From Methanothermococcus sp. Ax23 (GTDB lineage: Archaea; AGJL01; Methanococci; Methanococcales; Methanococcaceae): 64,000 nt of DNA. Under the pieces are notes generated by a model. It was not told where the DNA came from. It did no database searches and saw nothing but the letters and a program-made list of their open reading frames with translations. Shown piece by piece: positions 10,402-18,788 of this stretch (its first letter is position 1; each line of letters starts with the position of its first letter). The stretch covers positions 1,408,001 to 1,472,000 of the forward strand of contig NZ_CP157522.1 of assembly GCF_049075655.1 (NCBI RefSeq), in the 5' to 3' direction. The position numbers were made by a program, and so were the translations under genes.

Positions 10402-10684
10402 GATAAACCGCCGAGAAAGCCAACGACTTTAGTCGTTGGATGAAAGGCGCACATTATATAATCGTAAATAGTAAAATATAAATATGTGAATTCCCATAGT
10501 AAGTAATGCTGCCAGTCCAAGTTCTAATGGGTAGGGTTAGTGAAAACTCTATCGCTGGTAGTGTTTGGAGATTCAAAAGGTAGCCCTGAACCCATTAATG
10601 GGTAGGGGTAGTGGGCTTGGCCACCCTTGTAGGGTTAAACCCTGCTAAAAGAACCCCACGACTTCAGTCGTGGGAGTAGGTCAG
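10402..10684 (+). mobile_element. Family-1 non-autonomous IS200/IS605 derivative (copy A, 283 bp)
   Basis: TTAC|GATAAACCGCCGAGAAAG + subterminal hairpin; right end GAAC + hairpin + GGTCAG; no ORF; homologous to 15541-15915 and 49011-49328. Confidence 0.88.
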
Positions 10685-10968
10685 AATATCCTTTTGAATT
10701 ATCGTTATTTTCCACAGTTTTTAGAATATCCTCCCTACTAACATAATCATGCCAAACCATCGGAGTTCATCAGTAATATATCACCATTAGTTAAATCCCA
10801 TTCGTAATCATCTACTTTAAATTCATCCATGCCTCTTTTAAAATTCTTTTATCTCTTCAATTGATAATTTTCATTGTATTTTTCCGTTATAATGTTATTT
10901 AGAGTACCTATTGCCATTTCTAATGTAACTTCTCCCGAATTATGCCCTCCAACACCATATGCAACTGC

Positions 10969-11274
10969 CGTTTAAAACTGTTTAGTTTTTTGTGAGTATT
11001 TGTGAGTGTATGGGAGCATTTAGTTTTCGAAATGTTTATATAGTATTTTCATGCATAGTTTATAGTGTCAATCTAATCAACCCCAAGACTTTCCTAAACC
11101 TCTTTTAAACATGTTAAAACATCCAACAAATTGTCGAATTGATGGGTGGAGCTGGGGTCCCCACGACAGGGGAGGAGACCGATGACATGCTCCCAATGAA
11201 CCCAGAGGGATATAAGGTTGATGACGCCCAAGTCCAATGTGGGCATTTACTCACCAACGCTCACATTGGACAGA
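10969..11274 (+). mobile_element. Family-2 306-bp non-autonomous element, probably IS607-derived (copy 1)
   Basis: Homologous to 32108-32413; no terminal IR or TSD; GTGAG-type repeats at ~10-bp spacing at the left end and inverted at the right end; C-run junctions. Confidence 0.8.
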
Positions 11275-11584
11275 CCCCAATATGTAAGTATTATTTATTT
11301 TTCTAATTAGAATGTTATCTTCGTTATTTTCTCTATTTCCTTTGTGGGATATGCCGTAGGCATTATCTTCCTTAAAAGCAATTTCATTACGGTCAAAAGT
11401 TTCAATAAGTTCAATTTCTGGAATTTCTATTTTAGGGTTATAGTTGATATATCTCCTTCATTGTTTGTTGTGATTTCTTCGTTGAGTATGTTGTTAGTAT
11501 CCTTAATTTCATCAATATCAAAATGTTCCTACAATAATAAAGTGGGTCAAAGAATATAAAAAAATATAAGCTTAAAGGAATTGG

Positions 11585-11633
11585 ATGAAATCACTTCGTG
11601 ATTTCATTGCTATCCTTCGCTATCGCTCGGATA
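11585..11633. repeat. Two adjacent mini-hairpins
   Basis: ATGAAATCACTTCGTGATTTCAT and TATCCTTCGCTATCGCTCGGATA; relatives at ~15598-15620 and 16362-16374. Confidence 0.7.
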
Positions 11634-11761
11634 CAACTGTGAGATTAGTCAGGAGAGGAATCAGATTTTCCAAATCCCTCGATATGCATAACACTGTAAT
11701 GGATTTATTAGTATATTTCTACAATAATGAGTTATAACCAAATGTTTAGCATTACTATAAA

Positions 11762-12883
11762 TTAAGTGTTAAATACTTCGGAAGACACTTCAACAGTCTC
11801 AAAATTATCTCCATAAAGCACACATTTTATTTGAGAAGTTTCACCACGAGGGATTTTTACAACCGCCTCCGCAGAACCCCGAGCTCCTTCAACATAATCA
11901 TCCAATTCAATAACATGGTCAGGTTTCCATACATAACCATCCCCCTTACTTAATGCCAATGCACATATATACAATTTAGGATTTTTAGCAGTCCCTGAAC
12001 CAATATTTTCAATATCGCAATGCACTTTGTAGTAGATATAGGAGGCATCATAACTTATATAATTTGCAGAGAATGAGAGCTCCATCTTAGGAATTTGAAT
12101 CATTGGGCGAATTATTGCATTTGTGTTTTTATACTCATCAGGTATCTCTCCAATATTCCAGCCAGTATCGGTTGTTTCTAAATAATAGTATCTATTGCCG
12201 TTATATTCGTAGTAGCTTCCGTATATTCCATCTCCTCCTTTGATGCCTACTGCCATATGATTTGGGAGCTCTATTAATACCACATCATATCCCATCTCTT
12301 TTAATAATGATGCTGTAAGTATTGCAGTATCTTCACAATCCCCACCATCATCTACGAGAGTTTCTATTGGATAACGAGGATATTCATCGTATCCTGTGGT
12401 TGTGCTGTCCGAAGTATATTTCAGTGATTGAACAAAGGATACCACAAACATTACAGTGTCATAGTCAGAGTATCCTTTTTCAGCAGAAACCTCTTTGAAT
12501 TTTTGAATTATCGAGTCTAAATATGGCTTATCGTAATCTGATAGTGCATATTGGGCATAGTTTTCTTCCCTGTTGTGAGGTTTATTTTTATAATAGTTGT
12601 AGAGCTCCTTAGGAATTTTCAAATCCCATGTCCATAAATTCCCTTTATATTTCCATTCATAGTGTCTGATATAATATTTATTGGAATTTGATGTTTTATA
12701 GCTGTCATTGGCGTCGTTGATTGTATTAGCAATATTATTGTCTTTGGCATAATTATATTCGTTGTTATTGTTGGCATCAATATTGTAACCATTATATTCT
12801 CCCGCCCCCAAGTTGTCATAGGGACTTATGCACCCAGAAAAACACAGGCATATTATTAACCCGATTAGTGCATAATTCCTCAT
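11762..12883 (-). CDS. Transglutaminase-like lipoprotein
   Basis: Lipobox FSGC; YPIETL...GGDCEDTAIL, HMAVG, YYLETT. Confidence 0.85.
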   Translation of the reverse strand: MRNYALIGLIICLCFSGCISPYDNLGAGEYNGYNIDANNNNEYNYAKDNNIANTINDANDSYKTSNSNKYYIRHYEWKYKGNLWTWDLKIPKELYNYYKNKPHNREENYAQYALSDYDKPYLDSIIQKFKEVSAEKGYSDYDTVMFVVSFVQSLKYTSDSTTTGYDEYPRYPIETLVDDGGDCEDTAILTASLLKEMGYDVVLIELPNHMAVGIKGGDGIYGSYYEYNGNRYYYLETTDTGWNIGEIPDEYKNTNAIIRPMIQIPKMELSFSANYISYDASYIYYKVHCDIENIGSGTAKNPKLYICALALSKGDGYVWKPDHVIELDDYVEGARGSAEAVVKIPRGETSQIKCVLYGDNFETVEVSSEVFNT

Positions 12884-12884
12884 A

Positions 12885-14084
12885 TTATCCTCCCTTAAAG
12901 AATTTTTTAAATAAATCTTTTAAAATGGTTGAAGGATTATCCATGTCTCCTTTTTCGTTTATATATTCTGTAAAATTATTTTTTATGATAAATTCTAAAA
13001 GTTTATCAATTTTTTTATCATCCATTTTTTTTATTATGCTTCTAAATTTCAGTCCAAAATCAATTTCACTTCCAATATTTTTTTTCCAAAGGAGCTCATA
13101 ATTTTTTAAATAATTTAAATCATAACCATTTGTTAAATATTCATCTACAATTTTTCCACAGATTTTGGCACATTTTGCTCCATAATACAACCCCCCGCCA
13201 CTTAAAGGTTTAACCTGCCCTGCGGCATCACCCACAAGCATTAGATTGTTTTTTACAGTAGTTTTTAGGTAGCCCATTGGAAGTGTCCCAACTGAAAATT
13301 CTACGGGAACTGCATTTTTTAATATTTTGGAAGCTATCGGATGTTCGTTTATAAAATTTAAAAGTTTATTGTATGAGTTTGAGCTATCACAGAGTCCAAC
13401 TCTTACTCTATCCTTTCCCATGGGAATTATCCATATAAAGAAATCCTTACAAAAAGTTCTATCAAAAAAGACATGAACAAAGTCATCATCAATATCCACA
13501 TTAACCATTTCTATCTGAGCTCCGGACAATACCTCCCTCTTCATCGAAAGACCTGCGGATTTTCCAATGCCTGACCTTGCACCATCTGCGCCGATTATAA
13601 TCTCTGGATGAAGTTCGTAGCTCTCCCCAAGATGATTGATAGATATGCCGTATTTTAAATCTTCCGAGTTTTTCAAAAAATTCAACCTGTCGAAACTTAA
13701 TAAATTCTTTTTTTTATTTAAATTATCATTTATTAATCTACCATATGCCTTTAATAAAAAATCAGCTTTTTTTGATGCCCTTGTAGCTATATCTTTATCC
13801 ATTACTTTCCTTTCAAATACATATGCCCTAATTTCTTCATTTCCAATTTTTATAGTGTTATTTTTTGAATGAATATAGGCTCCCCTCACTTTATTTACAC
13901 AACCTTTGGGATTGCCGAGCTCCTTCACACCTTTTTTACTTATCAATCCTGCACACTGCAACGGAGCTCCTATTGCCTGATGTTCTTCAATAATCAAAAC
14001 TTTATGATGTTTTATATGTTCCCCTGTAATGCATCCAGCAGGACCTCCACCTACTATAATTACATCGTATTTTTCAAAATCCAT
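12885..14084 (-). CDS. Geranylgeranyl reductase family flavoprotein
   Basis: GGGPAG, PLQCAG, IIGADG, VGDAAGQVKPLSGGG. Confidence 0.88.
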   Translation of the reverse strand: MDFEKYDVIIVGGGPAGCITGEHIKHHKVLIIEEHQAIGAPLQCAGLISKKGVKELGNPKGCVNKVRGAYIHSKNNTIKIGNEEIRAYVFERKVMDKDIATRASKKADFLLKAYGRLINDNLNKKKNLLSFDRLNFLKNSEDLKYGISINHLGESYELHPEIIIGADGARSGIGKSAGLSMKREVLSGAQIEMVNVDIDDDFVHVFFDRTFCKDFFIWIIPMGKDRVRVGLCDSSNSYNKLLNFINEHPIASKILKNAVPVEFSVGTLPMGYLKTTVKNNLMLVGDAAGQVKPLSGGGLYYGAKCAKICGKIVDEYLTNGYDLNYLKNYELLWKKNIGSEIDFGLKFRSIIKKMDDKKIDKLLEFIIKNNFTEYINEKGDMDNPSTILKDLFKKFFKGG

Positions 14085-14251
14085 ATATTTCCCCTTAAAA
14101 TAGTAGATAAGATTATTAATATTATTTTAGATAAAATATTTATTTATTATAAAATACCATATGACAAATATATAATATAATTTTTAATATATTTATTCTA
14201 ATACATAATAAATATAATTCTTTTAAATATAAAAAGTGAAATCGTGAAAAT

Positions 14252-14413
14252 ATGATTGTGTTAGATAAATGTGTTGGATGTGGCGAATGTGTTCCCTTCT
14301 GCCCATTTGAAGCGATTACTACATATGGGAGAGCTATTGTTGATGAAGAGAAATGCACAGAGTGTGGAGTTTGTGCCAATTACTGCCCTATTGATGCAAT
14401 TATAGTAAAATAA
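14252..14413 (+). CDS. 2[4Fe-4S] ferredoxin, 53 aa (not in ORF track)
   Basis: MIVLDKCVGCGECVPFCP...KCTECGVCANYCPIDAIIVK*; two CxxCxxCxxxCP motifs. Confidence 0.92.
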   Translation: MIVLDKCVGCGECVPFCPFEAITTYGRAIVDEEKCTECGVCANYCPIDAIIVK

Positions 14414-14485
14414 AAAATAATAAAATAATAAATAAAAAGATAAAAAAGATAAATAGTAATAAATAATAAAACATAATGTGAAAAA

Positions 14486-15493
14486 ATGATAATCATACCG
14501 AGATACATAGTTATTGAAGAGAATGGAATTGAGATATTATATGATATACTTTCAAAACTTAATTTAAAAAATCCTCTTGTAATTGCAGGTAAAAAAACCA
14601 AAAAATATACTCCCGATTTTGATTATATGTATTACTCGGATGTCGATTTAGATGATATACCATCTATTAAAAAACTTACAAAGGATTACGATTCTATAAT
14701 TGGTGTTGGTGGTGGAAAGTCCATAGATATTGGAAAATATATAGCACATCATTCAAAAAAGCCTTTTATATCTATACCTACCACGGCATCAAATGATGGT
14801 ATAGCATCACCAATTATATCACTAAAACAGCCTTCAATTATGGCAGAATCTCCAATCGCTATAATTGCAGATATAACCACCATAAAAAAATCCCCTAAAA
14901 GACTTTTAAATGCTGGATTGGGGGATGTTGTTTCAAATATTACTGCGGTATTAGATTGGAATCTTGCCCATAAAGAAGTTGGTGAAGAATACAGCGAGAG
15001 CTCGGCAATATTCTCAAAAACAATAGCCAAGGAATTAATAGATTATGTGTTAAATGAGCCCGATATTCATGAATATTCAAAAAAACTTGTTAAGGCACTT
15101 ATTGGAAGCGGAATTACAATAGCAATAGCAGGTTCTACAAGACCAGCCTCTGGAAGTGAGCATCTTTTCTCCCATGCACTTGATTATTTAAAAACAAAAT
15201 ATGATTTAAAAGTAAATAGCCTCCACGGAGAGCAATGCGGTGTAGGAACAATTATTTCATCATATATGCACTACAATGAAGGAAATTTAAATAAAGAAGA
15301 TATGGAACATATAAAATTATCCCTTAAAAAGATAAATGCCCCAACCACTGGGAAGGAGCTCGGTTTTGATGACGATATTTTAATAGAGGCTTTGACAATA
15401 GCACATAATATTAGAAATCGATACACCATATTAAGAAAGGGAATATCAAAAGATAAGGCAGAGACAATATTAAAAGAGACGGAAATAATATAA
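14486..15493 (+). CDS. egsA: sn-glycerol-1-phosphate dehydrogenase
   Basis: [37 protein letters not shown]. Confidence 0.95.
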   Translation: MIIIPRYIVIEENGIEILYDILSKLNLKNPLVIAGKKTKKYTPDFDYMYYSDVDLDDIPSIKKLTKDYDSIIGVGGGKSIDIGKYIAHHSKKPFISIPTTASNDGIASPIISLKQPSIMAESPIAIIADITTIKKSPKRLLNAGLGDVVSNITAVLDWNLAHKEVGEEYSESSAIFSKTIAKELIDYVLNEPDIHEYSKKLVKALIGSGITIAIAGSTRPASGSEHLFSHALDYLKTKYDLKVNSLHGEQCGVGTIISSYMHYNEGNLNKEDMEHIKLSLKKINAPTTGKELGFDDDILIEALTIAHNIRNRYTILRKGISKDKAETILKETEII

Positions 15494-15540
15494 AATAAAA
15501 TTCACCATAAGATAAGATATAATAATATGATAAAAAGAGT

Positions 15541-15915
15541 CTGACCTACTCCAACGAGTGAACTCGTTGGGTTCTCGCTTACGGTAGTAAGCGAGCAACG
15601 AAATCATGAAGTGATTTCGTCTAATTTTAGTAGGGTTTAACCCTACACGGGTGGCCAAACCCACTACCCCTATCCCCGTTTAGGAGATTCAGGGCTACCT
15701 TTTGAACTTCCAAACACTACCAGCGGTAGAGTTTTCGATAACCCTACCCATAGATACTTGGACTGGTAGCGTTACTTACTACTAATCTTCACATATTTAT
15801 ATTTTACTACTTACTAGCCGATATAATGTCCGCCTCTCATCCAATCTCGTAAGAGATTTTACAAAACTATGTTTTGTATAACGATTAAAATCGTTGGCTT
15901 TCTCGGCGGTTTATC
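15541..15915 (-). mobile_element. Family-1 IS200/IS605 derivative (copy B, 375 bp, with extra hairpin inserts)
   Basis: Reverse complement runs TTAC|GATAAACC...GTAGGTCAG; inserts at ~15574-15623 and ~15843-15879. Confidence 0.88.
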
Positions 15916-15941
15916 GTAAATTGCACTATTTTATAATTTTA

Positions 15942-16190
15942 AAATATCTCCCAACATTAACACCATATCTTCATCCTTGGCAGACGCCATGTCCGATGGC
16001 TAACCCATGTTGGGAGTGATATAGGATTTTTGCTGTATCGTGCTCATCCTAAGGGAGCTCTCCCTATCACACGACTCGCCCAAAAATCCATTTTAAAAAA
16101 ATATACCTTCAATTTCGAACCCGCTATCATTGCAAGGTCACCCATGAGCTCCATGTAGGTCGGTTTATTGAAGGTATATTATAATATATT
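15942..16190 (-). ncRNA. Three-hairpin H/ACA pseudouridylation guide RNA (HgcG/Pab40-like)
   Basis: Three stems (CCTTCAAT/ATTGAAGG, GGATTTTTG/CAAAAATCC, CTCCCAACAT/ATGTTGGGAG) with internal pockets, ATGA K-turn/K-loop motifs and trailing ANA-like triplets; TATA-like run at ~16198-16207. Confidence 0.72.
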
Positions 16191-16255
16191 AATCTAGTAT
16201 ATATATTTTTGTATGTAATTTTTGTATGGTTATTTTAGAAAAAAATTTTTTTTAT

Positions 16256-17745
16256 CTAATGTCGGCGGAAAGACCCCTTCCGTCTTAAAAACCTACGGTT
16301 TTTAAAATCACCGAACGAAGTGAGGTGAGCTACAAAAATCGCTAGATTTTTGTTTAATCTCCTCGCTACGCTCGAAGATAAGGGCGGGGATGAGAGCCGA
16401 CAGAAAAATACAAATATCATAATCTATAATATTATATATATAATATAATTGGTGATATAATGTATCTTACTCAAAAAAATCACTTACGAGGTGATAAAAA
16501 AACATACAAAATATTAAAAATATTAACGAGATTATCAAAAAATCTATATAATTACACATTATACACAGTTAGACAGTATTTTGAATTAAATAATCAATTT
16601 CTAAATTATGAAAGTGCATATCATCACATAAAAGAAAATGAAAATTATAAATTATTGCCATCACAAGTGGCACAACAAACAATGAAAATAGTAGATAGAA
16701 GTTTCAAATCATTCTTCAGATTAATACAAGAAAGACAAAAAGGAAATTACAACAGACCAATAAAAATGCCTTATTACTTACCAAAAAATGGTTATTTCGT
16801 GATAATATTTCCAAAAAATATGTTCAAAATCATTAATAATAAAATAAGATTATCATTAGGTAGAAACTTCAAGAAAGAATGTGGAATTCAATATTTAGAA
16901 TTCCAACTTCCTAAAAACATTATTGGAAAGAAAATTAAAGAAGTAAGAATAATCCCAAAATATAATGGTTTATGGTTTGAGATTGAGTATGTTTATGAAG
17001 TTGAATCAATTGATTTGAAATTAGATAAAAATAATTACTTATCAATTGATTTAGGATTGGATAATTTTGCTACTTGTTTCTCAACCACCAGTAGGACTCC
17101 CTTCATTATTGAAGGTCGAGATATTAAATCATTCAACTGCTGGTGGAATAAAAGAAAAGCAGAGTTGCAATCAATCTATGATAAACAAGGAATTAAGTTT
17201 GGTAAAAAAATGACTTACTTACTGAATAAAAGAAAAAATGTAATAAACAATTTTATGAACCAATCAGTAAATTATATTATTAAATATTGTATCAAAAATA
17301 ATATTGGTAGGGTAGTAATTGGTGAATTGAAGGAAATAAAACAAAACATAAATCTTGGTAAGAATAACAATAGGAATTTTGTTTTAATTCCTTATGGATT
17401 ATTCAAACAAAAATTGCAATCAAAATGTAAATTATTTGGTATTGATTATATTGAAGTTGATGAGGCTTACACTTCAAAATGTGATGCATTGGCATTAGAA
17501 CCAATTAAAAAACATAAAAAATATTTAGGTAATAGAATTAAAAGAGGATTATTTCAATCATCAATTGGCAAATTAATCAATGCTGATGTTAATGGTGCTA
17601 TTAATATACTACGAAAGATAGCTGGGGATTCCCTTGTTAAAGGGATACTCAGTAATGGGCTCGTGAATAGTCCTGTAAGGGTGAGAGTTGTATAACTCGA
17701 TGACATACCTTACGAAGCCCCTCCCATAAGGGAGGAGTAATTCAC
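16256..17745 (+). mobile_element. tnpB-only IS200/IS605-family element (IS1341 type)
   Basis: Follows TTTAT; left and right subterminal hairpins; ends TTCAC; joining the flanks restores nadA ...GTT AAA TAA. Confidence 0.9.
16460..17695 (+). CDS. tnpB: RNA-guided endonuclease TnpB
   Basis: SKNLYN, SIDLG (RuvC-I), EAYTSKC, INADVNGAINI (RuvC-III). Confidence 0.93.
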   Translation: MYLTQKNHLRGDKKTYKILKILTRLSKNLYNYTLYTVRQYFELNNQFLNYESAYHHIKENENYKLLPSQVAQQTMKIVDRSFKSFFRLIQERQKGNYNRPIKMPYYLPKNGYFVIIFPKNMFKIINNKIRLSLGRNFKKECGIQYLEFQLPKNIIGKKIKEVRIIPKYNGLWFEIEYVYEVESIDLKLDKNNYLSIDLGLDNFATCFSTTSRTPFIIEGRDIKSFNCWWNKRKAELQSIYDKQGIKFGKKMTYLLNKRKNVINNFMNQSVNYIIKYCIKNNIGRVVIGELKEIKQNINLGKNNNRNFVLIPYGLFKQKLQSKCKLFGIDYIEVDEAYTSKCDALALEPIKKHKKYLGNRIKRGLFQSSIGKLINADVNGAINILRKIAGDSLVKGILSNGLVNSPVRVRVV

Positions 17746-17762
17746 TTAACATTTAACATGTA
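17600..17762 (+). ncRNA. Predicted TnpB omega-RNA overlapping the tnpB 3' end, guide taken from flank (5' limit unknown)
   Basis: GTGAAT (~17663) can pair with terminal ATTCAC; terminal hairpin CTCCCATAAGGGAG; inferred from known TnpB architecture. Confidence 0.6.
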
Positions 17763-18662
17763 TTCAATAGCTTTTTTCGCTTTTTCTATTACTTCATCAT
17801 CCAAGGTAATTTCATATTTTTCTTCAATTAAACATTTTTCAACTTTTTCAAGGGTCATCTGTTTCATAGGGTCACAGATGGCATCCTTTCTAAGTGGTAT
17901 CAATTTTTTTGTTTTTCCAACTTTTTCAAGTTCAATTTTTAACCTTGTTATCATGTCACATTCTGTTCCAATAATGAACTCTTCCTTATCGGAGCTCAGG
18001 ACATGTCTAAGTATTCCCCCTGTGCTAAGAACATAATCTGCCAAATCTTGAACCTCTGGATTACATTCAGGATGCACTAAAACATCAGCATTAGGGTATT
18101 GTTTTTTAATATTAATCACATCATCAGCGGTGAATTTCTTATGAACATAGCAGTGCCCATCCTCAGGCATACCGATTATTTTTTTATCGGTTTTTTTGCT
18201 CACATAATATCCAAGATTTTGGTCTGGTCCAAATAATATCTCGTTTTCTTCAAATGAATTTACAATCTTATCTGCATTTGCTGATGTGCAGGTTGCATCT
18301 GCAAGTGCCTTTGCCGAAGCAAGGGTATTTACATATATAACAACTTTCGCATCAGGATGCCCCTTTTTAGCATTTTCTATTACTTCAGGTGGAAGCTGAT
18401 GAGCCATAGGGCATTCTGTATCCTTTATTTCAGGCATCAAAACTTTTTTGTCTTTATTAAGTATTTTTGCAGTTTCTGCCATAAAATCTACGCCGCAGAA
18501 CAAAATAATATCTGCATCAGTTTCCTTTGCTTTTATACATAATTCCAATGAATCTCCTATGAAATCAGCTATCCTTTGAATTTCTTCTGGCTGGTAATTA
18601 TGTGCCAATATTATCGCATTTTTCTCTTTTTTTAACTTATTTATTCTTTCTACTATCTCCAT
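17742..18662 (-). CDS. nadA: Quinolinate synthase
   Basis: LAHNYQ, GDSLEL, CGVDFMAETAK, VHPEC, three cluster Cys. Confidence 0.96.
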   Translation of the reverse strand: MEIVERINKLKKEKNAIILAHNYQPEEIQRIADFIGDSLELCIKAKETDADIILFCGVDFMAETAKILNKDKKVLMPEIKDTECPMAHQLPPEVIENAKKGHPDAKVVIYVNTLASAKALADATCTSANADKIVNSFEENEILFGPDQNLGYYVSKKTDKKIIGMPEDGHCYVHKKFTADDVINIKKQYPNADVLVHPECNPEVQDLADYVLSTGGILRHVLSSDKEEFIIGTECDMITRLKIELEKVGKTKKLIPLRKDAICDPMKQMTLEKVEKCLIEEKYEITLDDEVIEKAKKAIEYMLNVK

Positions 18663-18788
18663 AATATCTCCTATTTTTTGGTATTTAATTATGGTTTATA
18701 TTATTGTAAAATTTAATTAAAATAATTTACTATAATATTAATTTAATATAATATTATAAAAATAAAAACTCAATATATATTTATAGTA

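Larger units (their letters stand above)
10375..11560 (-). pseudogene. PP2C-type Ser/Thr phosphatase pseudogene interrupted by two MITEs
   Basis: Manual translation: YGISHKGNRENNED...YILG|AVAYGVGGHNSGE...GDILLMNSDGL...DI|VNKLFNTL; frameshifts, stops, D-to-Y change in the ADG motif; outer limits approximate. Confidence 0.7.

Noticed and set aside
10293-10684. One element with terminal inverted repeats (CTGACC...GGTCAG)
   Set aside because: These are two separate right ends in opposite orientation, separated by PP2C remnant sequence and a TTAC-preceded left end
14140-14601. Minus-strand ORFs of 79 and 73 aa
   Set aside because: Shadows of the plus-strand ferredoxin and egsA start
16282-16380. 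CRISPR mini-array
   Set aside because: Units are different hairpins with no identical repeats or regular spacers; no cas genes
17742-17744. Selenocysteine read-through at nadA or FAH TGA codons
   Set aside because: Both proteins are full length, and the TGAs come from transposon ends
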